Of a DNA stretch of 64,000 bases, positions 38,654 to 46,882 are shown in pieces. The stretch is from Verrucomicrobiales bacterium. Lineage in GTDB: Bacteria; Verrucomicrobiota; Verrucomicrobiia; Limisphaerales; SXTU01. Below the pieces are notes generated by a model. That model saw only the letters and a program-made list of their open reading frames with translations. It was not told the origin of the DNA and did not search any database. The number at the start of each line of letters is the position of its first letter. The first letter of the stretch is position 1. Both the position numbers and the translations under genes were made by a program. Location: positions 9-64,008 of the forward strand of contig SXTU01000174.1 of the NCBI GenBank assembly GCA_005791875.1, given 5' to 3'.

Positions 38654-39684
38654 AGCGCGGGAGCAAGCCGGGCAAGAAGAGCGGCGGGAAGGCCAACAGC
38701 ACGAAGGCAGAGCTAGCGGTCGCTGCGGTTCCAACCGCATCGGACTGGATGGATGCAAAGTGGCAAGCACGGCTCGACCGGGAACAAAAGGCCCGCGAGC
38801 AAGAGGCGCGACGGCTCGGCATGACCGTCGCCCATCTTGATGCGATACAAGAGTCCTGGCTGCGCAACTCAGAGTTAAAGCAGCTCCGGGCGAAGTATGA
38901 CGACCCGGACATGGCAGGAAGAAACTGCTTGGAGTTGCTCGACCTTGTCCCGCACGGCACTTCGTCACCTTGGCCGTCTGATGAGCTGCGAGAGATTGTC
39001 ATCAAGGCAGCCGACAAGCTGCTGGAAGTTTCGACCTCGCAGCAGAGAAGTGAGCGAGCGAGAGGCATCGCCAATATGACGCTCGCCTACCTCGTCGAGG
39101 TCGTTGCCAAGCGAGCCTTCGCAGCCATCCGCAATTCGCTCAAGGCTGAACCCAACGACGCCACGCAATACCTCGTTGATGCACTGGTGAACTGCTGTGT
39201 GGAGTTCCGTGAGCTGGTGCAGGAGGGACCGAAGCGATTCAAACCTTGGACCCGCCAACGGATTTTTCTTCCGTCTCTCAGGGCCTACACGGACGCTTTC
39301 GATGATGACTTTGAGCGGACCAGGATGGACGCTGAACTTGCGCGAGACACAGGTGTCAATCTGAGTGGCAAAAGCAAGCCACGCCTACAGGGAGCAACTC
39401 TCGAAGTGGCCGAGGCGTTGCAGATAACTCGATGGCCGGAACTCACGAATGACGGGAAGGAATGGCCGGAACTCACGAAGGATACGGCGTCACTTTTGGT
39501 ATGGTGGAATTCGCGGATCGAACCGTGGCTGCTGATCCAGCGGGAGCGGCTCTTGAAGTCGAGTCGTTTCACCAACATCGTCGGAAAGACAAAATACAAG
39601 AGCGATGACGCGCGCTTGAAGGCAGTGCTCCGCGCGTGCAAGCAGTCCCTCAGAACCCTCGCCCGCCCTCGTGCAATAAAATAG
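38650..39684 (+). CDS. Hypothetical 344-aa protein, translationally coupled to vapC
   Basis: The ATG at 38650 overlaps the vapC stop (ATGA). It has a Lys/Gly-rich N-terminus and a predicted helical body; I recognise no motif. A tandem WPELT(N/K)D..WPELTKD duplication is present. G+C is visibly lower than in the flanks. Confidence 0.65.
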   Translation: MKRGSKPGKKSGGKANSTKAELAVAAVPTASDWMDAKWQARLDREQKAREQEARRLGMTVAHLDAIQESWLRNSELKQLRAKYDDPDMAGRNCLELLDLVPHGTSSPWPSDELREIVIKAADKLLEVSTSQQRSERARGIANMTLAYLVEVVAKRAFAAIRNSLKAEPNDATQYLVDALVNCCVEFRELVQEGPKRFKPWTRQRIFLPSLRAYTDAFDDDFERTRMDAELARDTGVNLSGKSKPRLQGATLEVAEALQITRWPELTNDGKEWPELTKDTASLLVWWNSRIEPWLLIQRERLLKSSRFTNIVGKTKYKSDDARLKAVLRACKQSLRTLARPRAIK

Positions 39685-39742
39685 CCCTTATTACGGAAGC
39701 AGACTCTTTGCATCTGCCCGCGACTTCCGCGACATAGGCGGC

Positions 39743-40210
39743 GTGAAACAGGCTACACGCAAACAAGCCGCCGGACGGAACGGCTCTACAGATTCCGCCA
39801 CTGCGCTCGCGCCCGCTGCCATCAGCGGCGCAACTCCTCCGCCACCTGCTGACACCGGCTTCGAGAAAAGGCTGGAGGAAATGCTGCGCGGCGTGCCGCC
39901 CTTCCTGAGGCTGCCAAGGCCCCGCGAGCGGTGTGCGTTCACGTCAATGTCGCGCGGCGCGATGTATGAACTCATCGCGCCATCGGAACGCAACGGGTGG
40001 CGTCCGCCGGTGCGAGCGTCCTACCGAAAGAGCCGGCGCGGCGCGCGGCGCGGCACCTGGTCCATCCCCGCCCGCGAACTGTTCACCCACCTGCTTTCGC
40101 TGGAGGCCGATTCCGTCGAGCGCTTCGTGGTGGACTCGCAGGCGCGCGCGGTGAGGGTGGCGGAGAAGCGCGGCGGGCGTGTCGAGCAGTCGGCGGGAGG
40201 AGAGCAGTGA
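39743..40210 (+). CDS. AlpA/excisionase-like HTH protein
   Basis: FLRLPRPRERCAFTSMSRGAMYELI....ASYRKSRRGARRGTWSIPARELFTHL resembles the MGE excisionase-type HTH (target in, sugar-phosphate clamp RG..R). GTG start, so the start is uncertain. Confidence 0.45.
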   Translation: MKQATRKQAAGRNGSTDSATALAPAAISGATPPPPADTGFEKRLEEMLRGVPPFLRLPRPRERCAFTSMSRGAMYELIAPSERNGWRPPVRASYRKSRRGARRGTWSIPARELFTHLLSLEADSVERFVVDSQARAVRVAEKRGGRVEQSAGGEQ

Positions 40211-40314
40211 GCCAGCGCGCGGATTCGCAAGCCGGCCATCCGACCGCGCCCGAGTGAAATGAAATGCCCGCCGGTCTTTGGCGAGACGCACGGCGGGCAA
40301 GAACACTGACACCG

Positions 40315-40537
40315 ATGGATTTACTCGAAACAGCAGCGGCGGGCAAGCCGGGCGAACGCAACTCCCCTCGCGCGGCCCTGTTCATCGGCGCTTGGATAGA
40401 CGACGCGGACCTTTCCCCAGCGCAATTCCGGGTGCTCTGCCGCATCGCGCGGCGTGGCGATTGCACGGAGTCAGTCCCCAACATCGCCAAGGGATGCCAT
40501 CTGCATCCCGACACAGTGGAGAGCGCGCTGCGGCTCC
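40315..40537 (+). pseudogene. N-terminal part of the winged-helix replication-initiator-like gene (5' fragment)
   Basis: The ATG at 40315 gives MDLLETAAAGKPGERNSPRAALFIGAWIDDADLSPAQFRVLCRIARRGDCTESVPNIAKGCHLHPDTVESALRL. The HTH is cut before its wing. The continuation is found at 35650 on the minus strand. Confidence 0.7.
40528..40537. repeat. Right copy of the 10-nt inverted repeat at the inversion junction
   Basis: CTGCGGCTCC is the reverse complement of 35651-35660. Confidence 0.9.
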
Positions 40538-41482
40538 GGCAACTTCCTCTACGTCGCCCTGCAACACCTGAAGATTCTGGAGGGCGAGGTGCTGGACGCC
40601 GCCGCGCAGTTCGGCGAGAACTTCAAGCTGGAGCTGGAGACGCACACCATTGACCCGCACCAGTTCCTGGGCATCGAGCTGAATCCCCGCGCCGCGTCCG
40701 TCGCCGAGCTGGTGCTGTGGATTGGCTACCTGCAATGGCATTTCAAGCTCCACGGCACGCGCACGCCGCCCGAGCCGATTCTGCGCGCCTTCAAAAACAT
40801 CGAGTGCCGCGACGCCGTGCTGGCCTACGATGGCGAGCCGCAACCCGCGAAGGACGAGCACGGCCAGCCCATCACCGCATGGGACCGCCAGAGTAACAAG
40901 ACCGACATGGTGACGGGCCGCGCCGTGCCGGACGAAACCAAGCGCGTCCCGCTGCTCACCTACAAGAACCCACGCCCGGCACAGTGGCCTGCCGCCGACT
41001 ACATTGTTGGCAATCCGCCGTTCTTGGGCAAAGGGAAGCTGCGCGAATCGCTTGGAGACGGATACGTTCAAACATTGCGAGCTGCTTACCCTTCTGTGCC
41101 GGAGTCCGCCGACTTTGTTATGTATTGGTGGCACAAGGCAGCAGAACTGGCCCGCGCCGACAAGGTGAAGCGCTTCGGCCTCATCACCACCAACAGCGTG
41201 TCGCAAACTTTCAACCGCCGAGTAGTCGAAACTCAGCTGTCCTCACAACCGCCGCTGTCGCTTCTCTTCGCCATTCCCGACCACCCGTGGGTGGACACTG
41301 TAGATGGGGCGGCAGTGCGGATTGCGATGACCGTGGGGGCCTCAGGAGTCCACGGAGGAGAACTGCTGGAGTCCGCGAAAGAGGAGCCGCATGAAGATGG
41401 TTCTGTGAAAGTTACTTTCAGCGCTCGGGCTGGACGTATTTCCGCAGATGTCACTCTCGGGCCGAGTGCTTCGGATATCTGA
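40538..41482 (+). pseudogene. MmeI-family RM enzyme, middle fragment (gamma-class N6-adenine methyltransferase core)
   Basis: It continues motif I (GNFLYVALQHL), then FLGIELNPRAASVAELVLWIGYLQW and motif IV VGNPPFLGKGKL, then DHPWVDTVDGAAVRIAMTV. It stops at 41482 where low-GC DNA begins. Confidence 0.8.
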
Positions 41483-41554
41483 GGCGCAGCCGACGAACAG
41501 CAGACTAGAGGCGGCGACGGCTAGCCGATCTGGAATGTAGCGAGTAATTTTCAT
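41480..41554 (-). pseudogene. Truncated lipoprotein gene (signal peptide and lipobox only)
   Basis: MKITRYIPDRLAVAASSLLFVGC(AS), with lipobox LFVGC. Beyond about 41,480 the frame runs antisense through the RM fragment and is meaningless. Confidence 0.4.
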
Positions 41555-41588
41555 GGCTTGTTCCTATTCGTTGATCTTGACCGGACGG

Positions 41589-42461
41589 CTACTTCGTCGC
41601 CACTCTGATCTGAAGGGCAGTGATCACGTTTATCATCAGGTGAGGTTCGAGCGGCAAAGATCGCACATCTATGCCTCTGTGGTCTGAAAGCAGTTTTGCA
41701 TAGTCAGAGATAAGCAGTTTGATGTAATTGGCATCTCCAACAAGCGGGGCAAACCAGCCTTCTGGAACTAGTTTGTCAACGCCTGGTAGAAAGGCAACAT
41801 CCACTCCAAAAGTTTTTACAAACGCGGCCAAAGTTGAGAATTTTTGGATCTGTTTTCCGGAGTCGTCAAACCATACGAAATGTTCAGGCACTGTCAAAAG
41901 GTAGAATGTCCCGGTTTGCTGCCCTGGAAACAGTGCAACAGGGTCACCGACCAAATGGATGTTGGTAATGGATGCGATTTTCCAATTGAGTGTAGTCACT
42001 GAAGTTAACGCACCACTGCTGCCAACGGGCCTACTTTCTGTAAGCAGGTCATCATCCAAGCCCGCTGAATTGAAAACTATCGCTGATACCAATGGATTGG
42101 CGAGTTTTATGGTCGCATAGGATGCAAGTCCACCCCCGAGTGAATGGCCGGTCAGTATGATTTTGTATCCCAGACCGGGCTGGGTGAATCGCTCAACGAA
42201 AGGACGCGCAAGTTCTACGGCTTCCGGGTATTGTTTGGCTATCACCCCTTTCAGATAGGCGTTCGCGACATCAGTAAGCAGATCCTTTATCAATCTCCAT
42301 CCGTGTTCCGTTCCAGCAAATGCAATCACAAGAGGCTTGGTGTTTACATTGATGTAAACGTGTAAATGCAATCCTGATTTCTTCTCTTGTATGCTTTTGA
42401 GTCCTTTTAGACTAACCCCGTCAGGGCAATTGGATAAGTCCAGAGTTTCCCAGTTTCGCAC
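41589..42461 (-). CDS. Alpha/beta-hydrolase, class-3-lipase/DUF2974-like (GHSLGG serine nucleophile)
   Basis: PLVIAFAGTEH..KIILTGHSLGGGLASYA is the lipase_3-type nucleophile elbow. No signal peptide. The only start is the GTG at the cassette edge, so the gene may be 5'-truncated. G+C is far lower than in the flanks: one hand-counted 60-nt line gave about 43 % against about 62 % in the RM fragment. Confidence 0.7.
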   Translation of the reverse strand: MRNWETLDLSNCPDGVSLKGLKSIQEKKSGLHLHVYINVNTKPLVIAFAGTEHGWRLIKDLLTDVANAYLKGVIAKQYPEAVELARPFVERFTQPGLGYKIILTGHSLGGGLASYATIKLANPLVSAIVFNSAGLDDDLLTESRPVGSSGALTSVTTLNWKIASITNIHLVGDPVALFPGQQTGTFYLLTVPEHFVWFDDSGKQIQKFSTLAAFVKTFGVDVAFLPGVDKLVPEGWFAPLVGDANYIKLLISDYAKLLSDHRGIDVRSLPLEPHLMINVITALQIRVATK

Positions 42462-42479
42462 GGACTGAGAGTCGTCATA

Positions 42480-43087
42480 GGCTGGACGCCCACCGCAAGC
42501 GCGCCCAAGCCCAGCACGGCCTGACCTTGACCGGCCTTTACAACGTCCTCGAAAAACTCCGCGCCAACGAACCGCTCACGCCCAAGGAAAAGTTGGTTCA
42601 CGACGCGGGCCTCGTCTCCGTCCTCAAGCAGCTCCACGACGACCTCGACCGCGCCGTGGCGGACGCCTACGGCTGGCCTTGGCCGTTGAGCGACGAGGAA
42701 ATCCTGACGCGCCTCGTGGCCTTGAACGCCGAGCGCGCCGCCGAGGAAGCGCGCGGCCTCATCCGCTGGCTGCGCCCGGATTACCAGCTCCGCGCCGTCG
42801 CCGGAGCCAAGGAAGCCAGCCCCACCCTCGCTCTGACCGAAGGCACCGCGAAGCCCGGCAAGCAGCCCAAAGCCAAGCCCGCCAAACTCCCGTGGCCCAA
42901 AACCCTCGCCGCCCGCGCCCGCGCCGTGGAAACCGTCCTCCGCACCCTCGCCCAGCCCGCCACACCAGAGACGCTCGCCAAGCACTTCCTCCGCGCGAAA
43001 CCCGCCGACGTGCAGGAGATTCTCGAAACCCTCGTCGCCCTCGGCAAAGCCCGGGCGGGGAAGCGTGAAGGGACGTTCTCGGCGTAG
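42480..43087 (+). pseudogene. MmeI-family/type IIG RM enzyme, C-terminal fragment
   Basis: ..LDAHRKRAQAQHGLTLTGLYNVLEKLRANEPLTPKEKLVHDAGLVSVLKQLHDDLDRAVADAYGW..LIRWLRPDYQ is the conserved C-terminal tail of large type IIG methyltransferase-endonucleases as I recall it. It has no start codon of its own. Confidence 0.65.
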
Positions 43088-43137
43088 GCCAATGCTGGGT
43101 GCATCGAGCAAAACAGGCACCTTGGAGACATGCCTCA

Positions 43138-43157
43138 GTTATGCCACAGCGTTATGC
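43138..43157 (+). promoter_or_regulatory. Candidate integrase arm-type sites (GTTATGC x2, 13-bp spacing), right end
   Basis: GTTATGCcacagcGTTATGC lies 64 nt inside the tRNA-proximal att repeat. It mirrors 32771-32790. Confidence 0.5.
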
Positions 43158-43220
43158 CGATGGTGGCTAGCAGGGAGCCGGAGGCGCAAAAACAGCACAT
43201 TTGCTCAACGAAATGTGAAT

Positions 43221-43308
<88 letters not shown>

Positions 43309-43602
43309 AATCAACTGGCCCCCGACACTTGCGGTTTTTCCGGCCACCGAGAACTTAGCGCGGCCCACTCTTTCTGCCGCTTCGGCACCGTGCAACTCGC
43401 AGCGGATCGCAATCCTCAGGCCCCTTCTGAAATCACGGTAGTGGACGCTACAGAGAGTCCAAGGAGGGCACAAGCGCCAGTGCGGGCCACTGCTCGTTGG
43501 CCGCGTGCTCAATCGAAGATTTGTTGCCGGATGGGGTGATCCAACCCATCTACCACCAAGAGATACCACTGCTGCACCACCTCGCGCCTGCTGGCAATAC
43601 GG

Positions 43603-44352
43603 TCAGCGATAGGGTTGGTGCAAGGCCACCTTCGTCGCCTGCTTGCTGCGCATCTTCACGTTCAACATCTCCACCCCGACGCTGAAAGCCATCGCGAAGT
43701 AGATGTAGCCCTTGTTCACGTGCTGGTGGCAGCCCTCCGCCACCAGCATCGTGCCGATCAGGATGAGGAACGACAGCGCCAGCATCTTGATCGTCGGGTG
43801 CCGTTCCACAAAGCCGCTGATCTGCTCCACGAACATCACCATCACAATCATCGCGATCACCACCGCGGCGATCATCACGCCAAGATTGCTCACCATGCCC
43901 ACCGCCGTGATCACCGAGTCGAGGGAGAACACGATGTCGATCAGCAAGATTTGCACGATCACGCTCGCGAACGTCGGCGCGAGGTGGTTCGTCACCGAGC
44001 CGTCCTCGCCCTCGAGCTTCTCATGGATTTCCTTTGTGCTCTTGGCGATGAGGAACAGTCCGCCAAGGATTAGGATCAAGTCCTTGCCCGACACCGCGAG
44101 ATCCCAACTGAAAATCCGCGCCTGCCAGAACGGCCTGTCCAGCTTCACGATCCACGCCAACGAGCACAGCAGCAGGATGCGCGTGATGAGCGCCAGCGAG
44201 AGGCCGAGCTTGCGCGCCCGCGCCTGCTGTCCTACCGGCAGCTTGCTGCTCAGGATCGAGATGAAGATTAGGTTGTCTATCCCCAGCACAATCTCCAGCA
44301 ACGTCAGCGTCAGCAGGCTGATCCAGATTTGCGGCTCAGAAATCCATTCCAT
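43603..44352 (-). CDS. TerC-family integral membrane protein
   Basis: ATG at 44352 (MEWISEPQIWISLLTLTLLEIVLGIDNLIFISIL). A second DSVITAVGM half-repeat is present. This is the typical TerC architecture. Confidence 0.85.
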   Translation of the reverse strand: MEWISEPQIWISLLTLTLLEIVLGIDNLIFISILSSKLPVGQQARARKLGLSLALITRILLLCSLAWIVKLDRPFWQARIFSWDLAVSGKDLILILGGLFLIAKSTKEIHEKLEGEDGSVTNHLAPTFASVIVQILLIDIVFSLDSVITAVGMVSNLGVMIAAVVIAMIVMVMFVEQISGFVERHPTIKMLALSFLILIGTMLVAEGCHQHVNKGYIYFAMAFSVGVEMLNVKMRSKQATKVALHQPYR

Positions 44353-44477
44353 AATGCGGCGCAGCGTAGGGGGCGGAGAAATTTTTGCCAGCACGGAACG
44401 AGGCGAATCACCACGCCCCGCAACGCTCGCGTGAAATCTCCTTCCTTCACCAGCCCTTTCCCCTAATTATCCCCGCC

Positions 44478-45158
44478 ATGCTCATGGCTAGACTCTGGAT
44501 GGACATCTCGGTGGAAATGCGCGACGGCATGGTGCACTGGCCCGGCGACCCCGAGTGCCACGTCGGACTCCACGTGAAGCTCGGCGACCCCGTCCCCGGC
44601 CAGCCCGGCAAGACCATCCCCTGCAACCTCACCAAGCTCTCCCTCAGCGCGCACACCGGCACGCACATGGACGCCCCGCGCCACTTCGTCGCCAAGGGCA
44701 CCACCATGGAGACCATGCCCCTCGACGCCGTCCTTGGCCCGTGTCGCGTGATTGAACTCAAGCACAAGACCGCCATCACCGTGGACGAGCTGAAGCCCCA
44801 CAAGCTCAAGCGCGGCGAACGCGTCCTCTTCAAGACGCGCAACTCCACCAAGAGTTGGCGCATGGCCAAGACCTCGACCTTCGACGTGGACTTCATCCAC
44901 ATCCCCGCCGCCACCGCGCAATATCTCGTGGACACCGGCGTGATGACCGTGGGCGTGGACTACCTCAGCGTCGGCGGCTACATGAAAGACGGCGTCGAGT
45001 GCCACCAGATCATGCTTGGGGCGAGCAAGCCCATCTGGATCATCGAGGGTCTGAACCTCGCCAAGATCAAACCCGGCAAATACGAACTCGCATGCCTCCC
45101 GTTGAAGATAGTTGGAGCCGACGGTGCCCCCTGCCGTGCGGTGCTACGGACACTCTGA
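44478..45158 (+). CDS. Cyclase-family protein (kynurenine-formamidase-like)
   Basis: WPGDP.. and LSAHTGTHMDAPRHF (the HxGTHxDxPxH metal motif). About 226 aa. Confidence 0.85.
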   Translation: MLMARLWMDISVEMRDGMVHWPGDPECHVGLHVKLGDPVPGQPGKTIPCNLTKLSLSAHTGTHMDAPRHFVAKGTTMETMPLDAVLGPCRVIELKHKTAITVDELKPHKLKRGERVLFKTRNSTKSWRMAKTSTFDVDFIHIPAATAQYLVDTGVMTVGVDYLSVGGYMKDGVECHQIMLGASKPIWIIEGLNLAKIKPGKYELACLPLKIVGADGAPCRAVLRTL

Positions 45159-45569
45159 TCGAACCCCCGCATCTGTTGGAAAGTGGAGCGAGCGAAGAGA
45201 TTCGAAACCGCCCCAGCAATTTCACCGACTTCTTTGAGTAGCGCACAGTGGCATCCCACGGAGGCGCGGAGCTTGAGTAAACCGGTAGCGTTTCCGAACG
45301 GAGCGTCGGCTTGGGACCAAAACGAGTTTAGGGCTATTTACATTGTTCCCCCGACCACCGCTGGTAGTGTTTTGGCATGGCCGACTATCCCGTGTCAGCG
45401 GCGGAATGAAAGTGTGGTAATTCTGGCGGTTTGAAATTCCGTTTTCTTCCCGGTGGTTTTCTTCAGCCTTCAGCCGAAGATTTTTTCTTCCTTCTTCCTC
45501 TGTTCTTCGCGGCGGCGAGAGATTTTTTGATTGCCCGGCGCGGCGCGTTTTCTTCCGGCTTGGGGCACG

Positions 45570-46385
45570 ATGAATTTCCCGCCCAGCCGCCGCAAGTGCC
45601 GGTGCTGCAGTCTTTTCTTCACGCCTGACCCCCACAACCGGGGACGCCAGCTTTACTGTTGCGCACCGGACTGCCGCCGCGCCAGCAAGGCCGCCAGCCA
45701 GCGGCGCTGGCTGGGCCAGGCGGCCAATCGCAATTACTTCCGGGACGCGGCCAACGTGGAGCGGGTCCGGCAGTGGCGCAAAGCCCATCCCGGTTACTGG
45801 AAGCGATCCAAGTCGCGTTCAAAACCGGGTCAACCCGTTGAACCCGCGGCGCTTGACCCGGTAACGGTCTCTTGTAACGCAAGCCCACGAGATCTCGTTT
45901 CGTTACAAGATTTCGTTCTGACGGATCACCCTGCTTTTGTGGGCCTGATCTCCATGGTGACGGGCTCTACGTTACAAGAGGACATCGCCGCCGTCGGGCG
46001 CAATTTGCTACTTCAGGGGAGAACCATCCTGGGTTTTGAAAGCCCGGAAAAACCGACTGCCGACCATGATTCAAAAACGATTGCTCCGGCCCGACCGCCT
46101 CCGCCAGGTGCCGCCCAGTTTCAACTGGGTGGATCACCGGGCGCTTCCGCCATCACTTCCCGCAGCCGCGCGAAGCCTTCTTGGAAATCCTTCTCCATCG
46201 CGTCGCGCACGCAGGCGTTCCACGGGTCCACGATGAAGAGGTTGGGCGCGAAGTCCCGAACCTCCGCCTTCAGCTCGCGCCGGAAATCCGCGCTGTGCAA
46301 CGCCAGCCCCGCCGGCGGCACCTACGCGGCCGGCAGCACGGTCTCGGGTTCGCCGACCTGCACCATCAGCGGTCACACGCTCTGA
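45570..46385 (+). CDS. Cys-rich hypothetical protein (MGE-associated type); 3' part probably not native
   Basis: The ATG at 45570 gives MNFPPSRRKCRCCSLFFTPDPHNRGRQLYCCAPDCRRASKAASQRRWL..RQWRKAHPGYWKR. From about 46,120 the frame is antisense to a RecA-like ATPase fragment. Confidence 0.5.
   Translation: MNFPPSRRKCRCCSLFFTPDPHNRGRQLYCCAPDCRRASKAASQRRWLGQAANRNYFRDAANVERVRQWRKAHPGYWKRSKSRSKPGQPVEPAALDPVTVSCNASPRDLVSLQDFVLTDHPAFVGLISMVTGSTLQEDIAAVGRNLLLQGRTILGFESPEKPTADHDSKTIAPARPPPPGAAQFQLGGSPGASAITSRSRAKPSWKSFSIASRTQAFHGSTMKRLGAKSRTSAFSSRRKSALCNASPAGGTYAAGSTVSGSPTCTISGHTL
46121..46321 (-). pseudogene. Fragment of an AAA_25/RepA-like (RecA-fold) ATPase
   Basis: ..FAPNLFIVDPWNACVRDAMEKDFQEGFARLREV resembles the Walker B and downstream segment of MGE primase-helicase-associated ATPases. 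No Walker A lies upstream. Confidence 0.3.
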
Positions 46386-46404
46386 ACTGAGGCATCCTTG
46401 CGAA

Positions 46405-46440
46405 AAGGCTTGGAGCGCACAGCTCCAAGCCTTTTTTCTT
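46405..46440 (+). terminator. Rho-independent terminator (potentially bidirectional)
   Basis: aaggcttggagc-gcaca-gctccaagcctt is a 12-bp perfect stem. It is followed by ttttctt and preceded by cgaaa. Confidence 0.75.
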
Positions 46441-46473
46441 GCCCTCGAAGGAGATTTGCCCCCCCATCTAGAT

Positions 46474-46827
46474 ATGCGCCTTGGAACCGCTCGGCGGGGA
46501 TTCACGTTGGTCGAGATCATGATTGTGATTGCCATCACCGGCCTGCTGGCTGCGGTCGCGGTCCCAAATTTCCTCAAGGCCCGCGTCAACGCCCAGAAAA
46601 ACTCTTGTGTGGCCAACCTGCGGATGATTAACAGCACGGTTCAGCAGTGGGCCCTGGAGATCGAGAAGCAGTCCACGGACACCTACTCTTTGTCCGACAC
46701 CACACTGCTAGGCTACTTCAAGGGTTCCTATATGCCCTATTGTCCGGGCGGAGGCACCTACTCGCCTGCCGCTGCGGTCGCCTTGGCCCCAACCTGCAGC
46801 TTGTCCGCGCTCGGTCACACCTACTGA
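46474..46827 (+). CDS. Prepilin-type N-terminal cleavage/methylation domain protein (pseudopilin/GspG-like)
   Basis: MRLGTARRGFTLVEIMIVIAITGLLAAVAVPNF is the class III signal (G/FTLxE). Confidence 0.85.
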   Translation: MRLGTARRGFTLVEIMIVIAITGLLAAVAVPNFLKARVNAQKNSCVANLRMINSTVQQWALEIEKQSTDTYSLSDTTLLGYFKGSYMPYCPGGGTYSPAAAVALAPTCSLSALGHTY

Positions 46828-46882
46828 TCCACCACCGACTCCGCTGGCGCAGTTATCAGCCATTCTTCGTCGGTGCGGGGTG

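Noticed and set aside
40264-41482. ORF-track models 40264..40653, 40454..41482, 35582..37210 and 35115..35591 taken at face value as four intact genes.
   Set aside because: Each is a chimera across the inversion junction. Meaningful sequence stops or starts exactly at the 10-nt inverted repeat, and the remainder is out-of-frame read-through. They are re-annotated here as gene fragments.
41342-41554. 70-aa ORF taken as a complete small lipoprotein.
   Set aside because: Only the first 23-25 codons (signal peptide and lipobox) are plausible. The rest is antisense to the RM fragment across a compositional boundary.
44353-44477. Expected yybP-ykoY (Mn2+) riboswitch upstream of the TerC-family gene.
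   Set aside because: I read the 125-nt leader on the minus strand. It lacks the conserved GGGGAGUAG and GACAUA/GAGACC-type elements. It also has to hold the divergent promoter of the cyclase gene.
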